A stretch of 62,645 nucleotides of DNA, the filler included, from Rhabdomonas costata (lineage: Eukaryota), in NCBI GenBank assembly GCA_019059605.1. It is 34 parts of 34 records of this genome, joined end to end, with 100 filler letters (N's around TTAATTAATTAA, not from the genome) between each part and the next. Parts side by side here need not be neighbours in the genome. Positions count along the whole stretch, not along the records: positions 23,967 to 25,709 come from JAHMHO010009735.1; positions 25,810 to 27,551 come from JAHMHO010009736.1; positions 27,652 to 29,396 come from JAHMHO010009737.1; positions 29,497 to 31,315 come from JAHMHO010009738.1; positions 31,416 to 33,157 come from JAHMHO010009739.1; positions 33,258 to 35,000 come from JAHMHO010009740.1; positions 35,101 to 36,843 come from JAHMHO010009741.1; positions 36,944 to 38,686 come from JAHMHO010009742.1; 26 more parts are not named here. One strand, given 5' to 3'. The notes under the pieces were generated by a model. The model did no database searches. It was not told the DNA's origin and saw only the letters and a list, made by a program, of their open reading frames with translations. Made by a program: the position numbers and the translations under genes. Below, piece by piece: positions 25,233 to 37,384 of this stretch. Numbering within the stretch: position 1 is the first letter of the stretch; each line of letters begins with the position of its first letter.

Positions 25233-26145
25233 GTTTTTTCGAATGCGTTTCTTTTGAATTTCCATGCCAAGAAGACTGGTATCTGAAATAAGGGAGGCTA
25301 AGAATGGCAAGAGAGGGGGTGGGAGGCAGCTTCCCCCAAGCCCATTCTTTCGGAAATTCGAATTTATTTCGACTTTGTCTTTTCGTGCCAATGTTACTGC
25401 AACAATAATCCTGTGCCTTGCTGTTACCGTGACTTTTGTCCTCCAGAAAATTTTCGATTCCCCCCCACCCCAAAATTTTTTTTCGATTTTTGTTAAAATT
25501 CGCAATGGCTTCGGTTCCAAGCTCCAGGTTGGGTGCAAAAATCCGGTGGAGCATTTGCTCAACAGCAGGAGGGCATAGCAGACCACTTGGCCTTCGATTC
25601 GTCGGTCCCTACCACCTGAGGATAGGCGAAAGCATCAAGTCTGGAAGCATTGACTTCTGCTCGGGATAGCGGGAGAGCAGCACAGCGGGCACGTTTCTTA
25701 AACGCACCCNNNNNNNNNNNNNNNNNNNNNNNNNNNNNNNNNNNNNNNNNNNNTTAATTAATTAANNNNNNNNNNNNNNNNNNNNNNNNNNNNNNNNNNN
25801 NNNNNNNNNGGGGGGTGGTGGAGAAGCAAAGCATATATGCGTTGTTGTTTTTGAACCTTTCTTCGCTCCACAAGTCCGAAGTTAAAACATTTACCCGCAA
25901 CCACCACGAATTCCCACTTCTGAAGTGATGCGGGTGGGGAGGGGGGCGTGATTTATTTCTGGTAATCGTTACCTGGGAGTGGTAAGAGGGGTAATTTCTG
26001 CTCTTTTGACTTGAAGTGGGTCAGGTAAACTGTTCTAGTGCATGCCGATGATCTATTTGTTTGGAGGGCTTCTGCGATATATGACTCCAAAATGCTTCTG
26101 ACAAGGGAAAGATTCATGTTTGCGTGCTTCTGTTCTCGGTGGCAG

Positions 26146-26916
26146 GGTACGTGCGGAAGCGCCTGACCAAGGAGCACAAGGTGCCGTACTACGTCACAGC
26201 GTCCTTCGTCAACACCTACGCCCGCGACCCCGCAGCGCTGTACAACTTGGAGAGCACGGTCTACCAGAGCTACGTCTCCGGCCTCAACCGGAAGTCTGCG
26301 CGCGTGGTTTCTTTTCGTCTGTGTATGTTTGGGTAGGCTTGCCAATGCTAGTAGCCCAGCGTCTGTTGGTATGCGTTATGTGGCATGTAAGCCCCCCCTT
26401 TTTTGTGTGGCCCTTGCCTTTTTCCCCATTCATCCAAACCTTCGGGGGCTTGCCTGTGTTTAGCTTGCCTGCTGAACCGAGCTCAGTTGAAACAAAGAGG
26501 ATGTGACCTTGCCTACCCAGGTGCCGCTTTCCCTTTCCAGCCAAAACAAACCAGCACTGCACCACAACCACAATGCGGGGGGGGGGGCGTTCCACTGCAC
26601 CAGATTTTTGCACTCTGCTCGTGCTTCTCGTTCAATACTTTACTGCTTATCACTACCGTCCTCCATTTCCACTGGTTTTATTCGCATCCTCTATTTTTAA
26701 TCTTCGCTCTGGCGTGGACCAAACGAGAATAGTCGAAGCCTAATATGAATGACATTAGCAGCTCTTTCTCTCTTCGCTCTTTTCTTTTTTCGGTTTTTTT
26801 TTTCGCTGTTTGCCCGTTTGCTAAGGTGCCAGTTTGAGCAGCGGGAGAAGCAGGCGATGCAGAAGCGAGCCACGCTGTACTACTCCGGGAAGGCCCAGCA
26901 GGACATGCTCGACAAG
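26146..26916 (+). CDS. DUF1977 lumenal domain of a DNAJB12/14-like protein; exons 26146-26293 and 26826-26916
   Basis: RLTKEHKVPYYV..F...LE..V...Y...L.RK|CQFE; in-frame GT-AG intron. Confidence 0.8.
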
Positions 26917-27148
26917 GTTTCCACATGCCTGTGTGCATGGGGGTGGGGGTGCAAATGCAGCGGCGGTCACAATGATTACGTGCCCGTTTCGGTCTGTCAC
27001 CATTCTCTTATCTTTTTTCTTACTGTTGTGCTCAAAAGGAGTCATGCTCAAGTGTGCTCCTGTCGACCAGTCGGATTCCGTGGTTGAGGCCCCCTTGTTT
27101 CATTCCCGATTACGATGAAATGTAGGTTGTTTTTGGGGTTTCCGGGGG

Positions 27149-27545
27149 ACATTCAGAGAACGCTGGTAAGGGTCCATTACAATGAAGAAAGGCCATGGAG
27201 GTTTTGAATAAGAGAATGAGGTATGTCAAGCCTCACATCTAAACAAAGCATCAAGAAGTCAAGCGAGAGGAGAGACCGAGGAAGTGGTCTAAGAGAGGAG
27301 TGAGAGGAGTGGGATGGGGGAAACAAACGAGTATGAAGAGGAGAGCCGAAATTCACGAAAGGTGTGGTTTTTGTCCAATACCCTTCCTCCCATTTCATCC
27401 ATCCATCCCCTGTGCCTCTGCGCAGGCTTCGAAGTATCCCACGAAGTCGTGTGATGAACTGCAGACCTTGCTGGCACGGCAGGGGTAGGGGGGTGCCATG
27501 GACTTTCTTCATTGTAATGGACCCTTACCAGCGTTCTCTGAATGT
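27149..27545. repeat. Fold-back inverted repeat at contig end (50-bp arms, 1 mismatch)
   Basis: 27149-27198 versus 27496-27545. Confidence 0.93.
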
Positions 27546-27705
27546 ACCCCANNNNNNNNNNNNNNNNNNNNNNNNNNNNNNNNNNNNNNNNNNNNTTAAT
27601 TAATTAANNNNNNNNNNNNNNNNNNNNNNNNNNNNNNNNNNNNNNNNNNNNGTTTTTTTGTCGGGGGCCAGTGGGCGTGGGATGGCCGTGGATGGGGAAG
27701 AGACA

Positions 27706-27787
27706 GAGAGGTGCCGTTGGAGCGAACGGTGCCGTGGGGAACCGAAATCGGCTCACCACCGAACGTTCCACATCTGGTAACCTCCCT
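27706..27787. repeat. Dispersed ~80-bp repeat, copy A
   Basis: Aligns to 62095-62175 with 9 substitutions and 1 indel. Confidence 0.93.
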
Positions 27788-27923
27788 CCCTTTTCGTGTG
27801 CGTGTGTGTGTGGGGGGGTCCCATAAGCTGAGTCCACGGCTTATTGAGATCCGATCGGACGCGACACACAGTCAATGTGCAGAACTTGGGAGGAGAGAGA
27901 GACAGGGAGAAGTACGCCCATGC

Positions 27924-29086
27924 CTCTGCTTGAGAAGCTTTGACAGGGCCATGAGGTGTCTCAGGCCCACAGTGACCCCATCAGTGAGGGTGGTGTCCAG
28001 GATGCGCTGGTTGGCTACCTCATAGCTGAGGGAGAAGGAAAAGAGTGCTGGGAACAAAACCGACTGCCCAGTGACGAGTGTGCAGGGCGCCGCAGGATGC
28101 TGACTGACCGATGCAAGGCTGTCGACTTGGGGCTGTGAGTGCTCCATGCCTCCTGAATGGCTGCCCTGTTCCTCTTGGAGTGTGCACAACTAAGTTGTAG
28201 GGCTTACGCTGGTTGATACTAAGCTGTCGACTCATATGTCACTATGGCGTTACAGGGAGCTGGCTATCCACCACTTGAACCTTCTGGAACCTGCGCGTAG
28301 GGGGGGGGGGGGGTGCCCAGAGGATGTCCAGAGCCACGGAAGTTATGCCCTCAGTGAAGTCGTCTCCTTTTTTGTTATTTTTGTTCCTGAGTGTGCTTCA
28401 GTGAGAAGAAAGGGCAACCTCCACATAAAAAGGAGGCACTGGGAATTGGATGGGATATTGTCCCATCATTGCCAAGCACAGCACAAAACCGCTGGATCGG
28501 GAGACGGTCTTTTGCTCCAACTACCTTAGCCACACACCAGCTCACACCTACAAACGACAGCAGCGGTGCACACCTGAGAGCAGCGCGGCTGAGAACGACG
28601 GTCTTCGCGAACCGCTCGCTGACAATCTCTGCCTTCCGGGTCATCTCCCATACCACGCTGAATGCCAGGCTCTCCTTTTTTTTTGGAGAGAACGGGGGGG
28701 GGGCACTTTTCACACCTCCGAAGAAAGTAGTGGAAACGTGCCAGACAGATTCTCTATGTCTCTGCATTCGTTTTTTGTCTCTGCACTTTTTCTGCCGTAT
28801 TTCAGCATTGATCAAATTTCTTTTTGGTTTCTTTTTAGTTTAACACAAATCTGTCTCATCATGGGAAAGGTTGATCTGAGATACCACACAGGATCGATAG
28901 AAATCGCTCTGAAAAAAAAAGTAAAGCATCCGACAAAATGACGACGGTAATTCATTGATCTCATTGATCTCGCTAGCAAGCCGCATTGCGAAGGAACATA
29001 GGCCCCACGGAGCACACCTCCTTGCCTCGGAGCGAGCACAAAATCTCCGTCAAAAGCTTCGGAAGCATGTCAATCCGACGGTCCAC
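27924..29086 (-). CDS. DIS3: DIS3/RRP44 exoribonuclease RNB domain, partial; exons 29086-29018, 28674-28574 and 28025-27924
   Basis: Spliced VDRRIDMLPKLLTEILCSLRGKE|ESLAFSVVWEM...FAKTVVLSRAALS|YEVANQRILD...LKQR. Confidence 0.92.
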
Positions 29087-29496
29087 CTGTGCATGCAAGC
29101 GTGCGCCGGATCAAAGGGCTCTTAGTCGGCCAGCACACTGCCCATTTTAGGAGATGCTACCTGTCCTGTGACACTGAAGACGGGAATAGGGACGAAGTAG
29201 GCAAAAGGCCACCCCTTCCCCTTGTCCCTCTTTCTGTGCAGTTTAAATATCAGCTAAGGTGCACCGTTTGTCAAGTGTGGAGTGTGGGAGGATCGGCATA
29301 CAACTGTCACCCCTCGGGTACAAAACGGAGCGAAAGTTTCCTTGGGGTCACCTCCAGAAGCGTTTCACTGGCGAGTGTGCATCTTCACAAAACCCCNNNN
29401 NNNNNNNNNNNNNNNNNNNNNNNNNNNNNNNNNNNNNNNNTTAATTAATTAANNNNNNNNNNNNNNNNNNNNNNNNNNNNNNNNNNNNNNNNNNNN

Positions 29497-29568
<72 letters not shown>
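29497..29568 (-). other. T72 tract, i.e. poly(A) on the thiolase sense strand, at the contig end
   Basis: Lies 387 nt downstream of the thiolase stop codon. Confidence 0.9.
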
Positions 29569-29955
29569 CGGCACAGAAACCACGGTGTATGTGTATGTGT
29601 CCTCCCACGGTTCGCGTTAACAAGCCAAACACGGAGCAGGTGGTGTGGTGGCAAAGGACAAGCTAAAAGCGGATAGATATCATGGAGGACGGCCAGTGGC
29701 GCCACTGTGAGCTCATACACTGAACCTGTGTTTTATGTCCTCCCTTTTCACGCAGAGCAAAGAGCGCACTTCGCTCTCCTTTGCACCTCCCAGCCACATC
29801 CCGCCCCCATCAAGCACAACAAAGGCAGGGGTGACGACGGGTGGAGAGTGAGAGGTGACCCTAACTAAAGACGAAAAACTGAATTCCGTACAGCAGAGAG
29901 CAAATGCGATGCAGAGGTGGCGGAACAGGGAAGGGGTCCGGCCAAACTATTACAC

Positions 29956-31172
29956 TCAGCAAGCGGTCAGCTCAACAGCGAGGGAGACGCCACCGCCACC
30001 GCACAGGGTTGCCATGCCCAGCTTTTTCTTTGAGCGGAGCAGCTCGTACATCAGAGTGACCACGATGCTGTGGGTGCCCACACAGTGTCCACACGCAGTA
30101 CGCAAACATTGTGTGCAGAGTGGACTTCTAACCGATTCAGTTCAGTTTAATTCCTAGTCTAAGTCTAAGCTTCGGATCGCCAATGCAGTCCGAAGCAGCA
30201 TGACCCCCACTGAAGAACTTTGTGGGTAACAAGGACCCAAAAACGCCACACACGTTGTAGACATGCAACCAGCAGAGGGCATTCAAGAACATTGTTCTTG
30301 GAAAAAGCACAGGGGGTGAAGAAGGGCGTTCTGATACCGTGCCCCAGAGGAGCCCACAGGGTGACCCAGCCCGATGCCGCTGCCGTTGACATTCGTGACG
30401 TCCCGGTTCAAGTCAAGAATCCTCTCGCAGGCCAGGTACTGCGCGGCAAACGCCTCGTGGCACTGAAGAAAACGAAGGACAACGCGGTCATACAGCTGTC
30501 TTTCTTGTCGCTTTAGGAAGTGAAGCGTAAAGCGCATTTGGTGGTCGACTCCTCAAAAACATGCAAATCAGTCACCACTAAAGGTTTATTGTTTGGCAAA
30601 AATGGGGCGAGAATAAACGGCTTGAAAAACTTCAAGGACCCGGCGGTGCACTCTTGGGAGACTACTATTGAGACTCAATTTTTGGCCAGGACTGCTTCGC
30701 GCACCTGCAGAGGTTTGCTTAGAGAAAAAAAGATGTGTCAGCAAGTCCGGTGCTTGTACATGCTCTGCTTCTTCACTTGTTTCCTGACTCCACGGACTCT
30801 CCCCAGTTACGCACATCTCTCATTACACTTTCTGGTTTCGCTCCACCCTTTGTCTCGCAGTTTGTGTGCTTCCCTCTTCTCTTTCTTTTTGCTCACACCC
30901 CCTGTTTTATTTGTGCTCCTCCATATTGTGTGTATAAATAAATATGTGCGTTGCTTGTGCATGTGCTAACACCTCAATGCGCTCGTACTCGCTCAGCTTC
31001 CGACCGTTGCGCTTGAGCATGTCCTGCACGGCGGGCACGGGAGACTCCCCCATGATCTCGGTCGGGTTGCCACCCTTGCCCAGGCCGCTGATCACGGCCA
31101 AAGGCTTCAGCCCGAGCTTCTGCGCCGTCTCCGCCGCCATAATCACCATCGCGGTGGCGCCATCGTTGATCC
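29956..31172 (-). CDS. Thiolase (acetyl-CoA acyltransferase), C-terminal part; exons 31172-30973, 30462-30338 and 30067-29956
   Basis: GINDGA, E|CHEAFAAQ, NVNGSGIGLGHPVGSSGAR, GMATLCGGGG and stop; both introns are GT-AG and in frame. Confidence 0.97.
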
Positions 31173-31680
31173 CTGGCACCAGAGGAAGGCACCATAAAGC
31201 GGACATAAAACTGGTGGCAGAAATGGCAATGGGACCAAAAATATGAAGCTTGTTAACGGAAGACAACCAATTTTTTGTAAACCCCAATCCCAATGAAGAA
31301 ACAAATAACCAAACANNNNNNNNNNNNNNNNNNNNNNNNNNNNNNNNNNNNNNNNNNNNTTAATTAATTAANNNNNNNNNNNNNNNNNNNNNNNNNNNNN
31401 NNNNNNNNNNNNNNNGTTGTTTCGTGATGGGCCTGAATTGTTGCCTTCTGGTCCTTTTTGGACCCACTATGGGAGCGTTTCTCATTCAAACATCAAACCG
31501 TCAACAGATAACCGATAAGCATCGTAACTGAACAGTTTCCTTCGATAGTCCCGTATAAAACGCTCTCCGCTCACGTCAGCTTAATGCAGGCCACTGTTTT
31601 GAACCCTTCTGAGACCGGCTATCGACGCCCTGCCCGTGCCGTGGTAGATGTTTTTTTCTGGGATATACGTTGCGGCGCAG

Positions 31681-32702
31681 GGGCGGGAGCGAAGGTGACG
31701 CGGAAGAAGATCTCCGACGTCTGCGCGATCTGCTACGAGGAGATGCGAGAGGAGGAGGGCCTGGTGTACTGCAAGCGAGGCTGCGGCAACAACCTCCACG
31801 GCAGCTGCATGCAAGTGTGGGAAATTCCTCCGTGCCCAACTTTCTCACTTCCCGTACCTGCTGCTGGGTTTGAATGGCAACCTGATGCCCCCTACTGAAG
31901 AACCACTGGTGAGGTGGATGCTGAAACGTGCATCTGATTCACCGCCTTCCAGCCCACGGCCGCTTGGCTGCCTTTGCCTCCACCCCTTACAATCATTGGA
32001 AGGAAAAAATCGTAGGGTCGTTTCAGCGCCCCCCCTCCCCCCAAATACGGAGGGCGGAGTCCCAGACCCGAGCAGGACTGGAGCAGCGCGGTAGCCGTTG
32101 GAAAAAAGTTGCTGCGCGACAAAGGCCCCGGAACTGTGGGGTAGAAGGGGGGTCACCACACGTGCAACGTTCGGCGGTGATTGTGTACTCCACGGCACCT
32201 CTCGCGAACACCGCGCGCACACAGCGTCAACAGGTCCCAACAACCTGTGAGAGTACGGATCTGGTTTCTGTTGTGCAGGCGACCGAGCTAGAGGATTCAA
32301 AATCACAAGGGGAAACGGCTCTCTCTTTTCACCGGGCGTCGTTTGTAGGTAAGCAACCCGTCACTCTAACTTCCACTTCCTTCCTCCACTCTAAGGTTTG
32401 GGCAAACCATCACCGCGAAGACCTCACCTGCCCCATGTGCCGTACCCCCTGGGGGCCGCTTGTGCTCCCCAGACCCGCGAAGCGCCGTGCTCCAGCCAGC
32501 ACTTCCACCACACCCCAGAGCTTCAAGCTGAAGTGCGGGCAGTGCCGGGCCTACCCCATCGTGGCGCCGTGCGTGTACCGCTGCACGGCCTGTGCGGGGT
32601 TTACGCTGTGCCCGGGATGCTTCGCTGACCCCTTGGCCCACGCCGCGCATGGATTTGTGAAGGTCGTGCGGGAGGGCGACCCCGGGGTGCCTGCAGTGCG
32701 AG
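31681..32702 (+). CDS. RING plus ZZ zinc-finger protein (ZSWIM2/MEKK1-like); exons 31681-31814 and 32396-~32702
   Basis: CAICYEEM...YCKRGCGNNLHGSCMQ|VW...CPMCR, then CGQC..YPI..YRCTAC..LCPGCF..HAAHGF. Confidence 0.9.
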
Positions 32703-33965
32703 GTTCGCTTTTGTGTTGCCTTTGTTGTGTTTACAAGTTATGTCTGTGAAAGTTAAGTTGTGAAGGATGCGGAGAATCGGTTCGCGTTCGTGGTATGATG
32801 ATCCGCTTCCCTTCAAAAAAGTCCAACTGTGCCTTTCCGATTTCAGGGTGAGAAATAAACAAAGAGAACTTCAATGCAAAAGTCAACTGTTTTCTCCTAT
32901 AGCCGCTTTAAATCGCCTTTTATGGTGCGCCATGTAAGCAGCAACTGGCTGTAACTTGGCCTTTCGGGTTTCCTTCTGTTTCGGAATAGCGAAAGTAGCA
33001 GGACGCAGCCTGACAGCTTTTTTGCACATGAAAGCCAACGGGTGCAATAGTCCTTTCTGGCTGCGCCTTCTCCCTTTCCCTCCTGCCCCCTTCCCCCGCA
33101 CACACAGACCTCTCTTCGGGTGCGCTTACGGGGCTGCGTCTCACTACCCACCCCACCNNNNNNNNNNNNNNNNNNNNNNNNNNNNNNNNNNNNNNNNNNN
33201 NTTAATTAATTAANNNNNNNNNNNNNNNNNNNNNNNNNNNNNNNNNNNNNNNNNNNNACTCCTTCCACTTTTACGTTTTATATGACCGAATCGGTTTTGG
33301 GTAAATGAGATGAATGCTGAGGTGCTCAGGGTGCATGTCCCAGCACTGTTTTCAAATTCAGCAGACCATATTTACTGAAAAAATAAAACTTCACCGCTTT
33401 CACCTGATCGTTTCCGCCGGAAAATTTCCTTCAGTAGCGCTTTTAACGTCTAAAAAATCGTTCAGGGGACTTGTTGAAACTTACAACGTAAGAAGAGAAA
33501 ACATCCTCCCCTCACCCGCCCATAGAGAAAATTCGGGTCGCCGTCTATAATCAGCTGATCAGCTGCAACAAACAACCGCCTGTGTCAGTCCGCGGGAAGC
33601 TGACTGTATTTCTAAAAAAACAAATCGAAAAACCCAAAATAACTTACAGGTTTGTTTGGGAGAAGGGACAGGGCAGCACAACACCAACGCAAACGGAACT
33701 GCAAAAAAAAGCATCTTTCCCCTTCATCGAAACTTTTGCTGAGAGAGTGAGGCAGAACCCAAGCTCACGCTCTCAGCAAAACTTGCAGAAATCTGCAAAG
33801 AAAATCTAGGAACAGGGAGGGGGGGACAAGAAATCACACAAACTAAGAAAGTAAAAAAAAGCCATGGGTAAACTTGGTCCGTAATCCTTGATTAGGACCG
33901 GCAGCTGCTCAGAATCGAAGAACTTGGTGGGCGGGCGAAAGGGAGGGCGAGGGGTGATCGCCCTT

Positions 33966-34179
33966 CTATTTCTTAGCTTCGCCGTCCAGGCCATGGTACT
34001 GGTTGTAGAGGCGGAAGTACTCCCCACGGCGCGCCATGAGGGCGGCATGGTTGCCGGCCTCCACCACCAGCCCTCCGTGGGCAAGAACCACGATGAGGTC
34101 GGCGTTCTGGATGGTGGGCAGGCGGTGCGCCACGGTGACGACGGTCATCCCCTCCTCGCGGATGAGCTCCTCCAGAGCC
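33966..34179 (-). CDS. ABC transporter (ABCB-type) last exon
   Basis: [41 protein letters not shown] (H-switch), ending at a stop. Confidence 0.93.
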
Positions 34180-36141
34180 CTATACCCCACCATCACACAT
34201 ACAATGCTAGTTCGTCACAAGACGACGCATCTCAGCGGGCAGCCGGAGAGTTTATTGTGCATCATAACTTGAGGTGGATATCACTCACAAAGTATGCGAA
34301 GTGTTTGCCATGCCTATTTACAACAGTCTCTTCCAAGGCCAAGAGCGAAATTTGTTGAGCGTATGTTTGGCAACATTGCTATCAGCTCTGTCACTGCCTT
34401 CCCAGTGGAGGAGCGAAGGGGCGGCGACGTTGAGGTGGAGTTGACAGTTGACACACACACACAGAGACATATTGCGGCAGAGGCAATTTTCTTTCTGGGG
34501 AGGACTCGAGAGATCCTTTCCCTCTCATGGGCTCCCAACTTCGATGGGACATGGGCACATCGCGCCTCACACCCTCGTCGGTCTGTAAAGCCTTGTCTCT
34601 CTCTCGTGTTACGCAGAATTGGATTTGCGACCCCCGATCCACTGGCGCGTTTAGAAATTTCTTCAAGGTCACAAACTTACGCGCTCGTACTCTGCCCCTT
34701 GGGCCAAACTGCCCTTGTTTGCTTGGATGTTCAAACCCAATTCAGGATTGGCTTCCTTGCTGTCCATAAAGCCTCCTTGACCTCATCTCCACTTGCTTCT
34801 CTTGGACTCTGTTGGGCCCTCTTTGCCACCCCGCTCCTATTTGGTCCCTGGTGTCTCGCTGCTCGCTGCGTTTCTTCCCATCTCTCGTGCTGAACAGTGC
34901 TGCTCGGGGCAAGCTTTCCTTCCGATGCTTGCTGCCACTCGCAACTTCTGGGGGAGGGGGCTCCTTCTCTCGTTAGCTACATCCTGCCCCCCCCCCACCC
35001 NNNNNNNNNNNNNNNNNNNNNNNNNNNNNNNNNNNNNNNNNNNNTTAATTAATTAANNNNNNNNNNNNNNNNNNNNNNNNNNNNNNNNNNNNNNNNNNNN
35101 GGGTTTTTTTGCGCAGGTGGGTGGCTCCTAAAGTTAACCAGAAATGATAAAGTGATTTACTCGTAGGAGACCAGCAGCGTTGTAGGCGTCAGCAATAAAA
35201 CTGCTGCAGATAAGCCTTTTGCGTGGAGGTAACAGTCACATTTGCGCTAAGAGTCAATGGTGACATTCGGGCAGCTTCGTTACGTCTTTTTTTTGCCCCT
35301 CTGGAATGTTTGGGGTCGCTTTGCGCCGTAAGTTGGTTTCCTCCTGTATATTTAAGCCTGCTCCGCTCGTCCACCCAAAATTCGGGTACCAGTTTTGCTC
35401 GTCACCAGCATTCCTTTTGCGCCAGGCTTATCTCACTTTGGGTTAATCCACGACTGTGGTTGCTGCCCCCCCCCCCCGAGAGCACCTACGATCTTGCAAA
35501 CGGCTAACCGGCTGCAAAATCGCGCTGAGGGATCCCAGGAATAGGTGCCCTGTCTCCTGGGGCACCCCCCATAATAATAATGATAATATTTGGGATACCA
35601 ATCATGCACTGGAGCAGCGGCGCTGTCTGCTCCACTGCAAAATTGCGTGCTGGAGTTCCAGGGGAGTGCATCGTCGCCCACCCCCTGCAAATGAATTTTT
35701 TCTAATGGTGGTAAATATGCACCCCAAGGGTTTAAGGCAGCATCCTGGCACGGCTCAAGGGTGATGCAGGCGAAAAGGCGATATGCGCGTGTTGTCCGGG
35801 TTTCTTTAAATTTGCTGATTCCTTCACCGTGATACCCCTGTCCCAAGTCCCTGTCGTAAGTCAAAGAAGAAAGCCTCCTCGCAAATCCGAACGTTCCTTT
35901 TTTTTTGAAAAGGTCACTCCGACTCTCAAGAGTGAAGGAAAGCGGGCAATAGTTGCTCGCGAGGCTGTGCCCTGAACCTCCTACCCTACTCCTTTCAGTT
36001 GATGTGTGAACTCTGGCGCGAACGAGCTATCAAAAAGGTTGTTTCTTAATTTTGTTAGGAATTGTCAGGTGCATTTTCCGCGCTGGCATTGGGACTGCGG
36101 GGTGGGTGGGCTGCCAAAGGTGTACCAACACTCATGCGCAG

Positions 36142-36191
36142 ACTATCCTGGCGAGCGTGCTCCGCAGGAAGATGCCTGTGGCGTACCACAG
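36142..36191 (+). CDS. Short candidate exon (TILASVLRRKMPVAYH), possibly TBC-domain-like
   Basis: GCAG acceptor and CAG|GTACG donor; too short for a family call. Confidence 0.35.
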
Positions 36192-37384
36192 GTACGAGCC
36201 TCAAATCCCTGCCCTCCTCCCTTCTCAATTGCCACAGGCCGAAATGTGGAGTAGGTCTGTTTTGGTTGGTTGCTGTGCATCGCCGACACCAATGTGTCTT
36301 TCTGGCAGTCCAAATCGCCTCTGAACACATGCACACATTTCCAGTGGCATGATTGATTTTTTTGTGCTGTTGGTTGCATTAAGTATGGTGATTAGGTCTT
36401 ATTTCCACAAGTCCGTAACAACCTCTGTGCCTCTGTGTGTGTTGTGTGTCCTCCCTAGAAAATTCACCCTAGCCAAGTGCACTAAGTACTGTACACCAAC
36501 CTGCGCCAACAGCGATCGTTTTCGTCGTCCCAATGGGTAGCAGAAAAATCAGCGTAGATGGCGTCAACTAGAAACAGACGGCGACAGATGGGAAGCCTCT
36601 AGCTGCTTTGGAGAAGCCACAGAGCTGCGCGTATGTGTACACCGACGCAACGCAAGCCAGTCACGCTTGCTGAAATCTGGTCTTCTGGCTGCCCCGGTGG
36701 TGGCTTTATCTCCTTTCCGTGGGCTCAGTGAACATAGATGGATGTTTCAAGTCACCCTGCAAGGACCTTGGGTGAGGCCAGTGGCAGCTGGGATAACCCT
36801 GGTTTTCACCCAGACCTGGGAACTGCTTGTGGGTGAAAACCAGNNNNNNNNNNNNNNNNNNNNNNNNNNNNNNNNNNNNNNNNNNNNTTAATTAATTAAN
36901 NNNNNNNNNNNNNNNNNNNNNNNNNNNNNNNNNNNNNNNNNNNCTGAGTAGCCTTTTTCGGTTTGAGTGTGGAACTGTTGACGGATGGGTCTGAGTGTCA
37001 GTGAACAACGCTATGCATCATCTGCTTTTTCGATGAATGAGATCAATTCTTAAAGAAGAGGCACTAAGACAAGCCGAACCACAAAAGGTCACGCAGACTA
37101 ATGGAAAAAGGCAAGGGAGTGGGACACTGGTTTTGGTAGAAGTGAAATTGTTAGCACATAATTGCCAAGCCAGCTCGCGGAGCTGGCGGAAACCGAAGAG
37201 CAGGAGCTGCGATGTCGTCCGGTAAAAGATGCGGCGCAGTTCTTCACTCAACACCAAGCCTGACACGACACAGGAAACTTGACCGGTGCAGATGGACTCA
37301 CCAAGGGAGTTCCAAGAGGAAGACTTGCGACAGATCCTCGCGCGCAAAAGGGAGTAAAATCAGTGTGTGCTATGATTGATGAAC

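Noticed and set aside
35433..35880. DLGQGYH / FFFDLRQG / GDD as an RT relic
   Set aside because: The PFG and YxDD motifs are not recognisable; too weak without a profile search.
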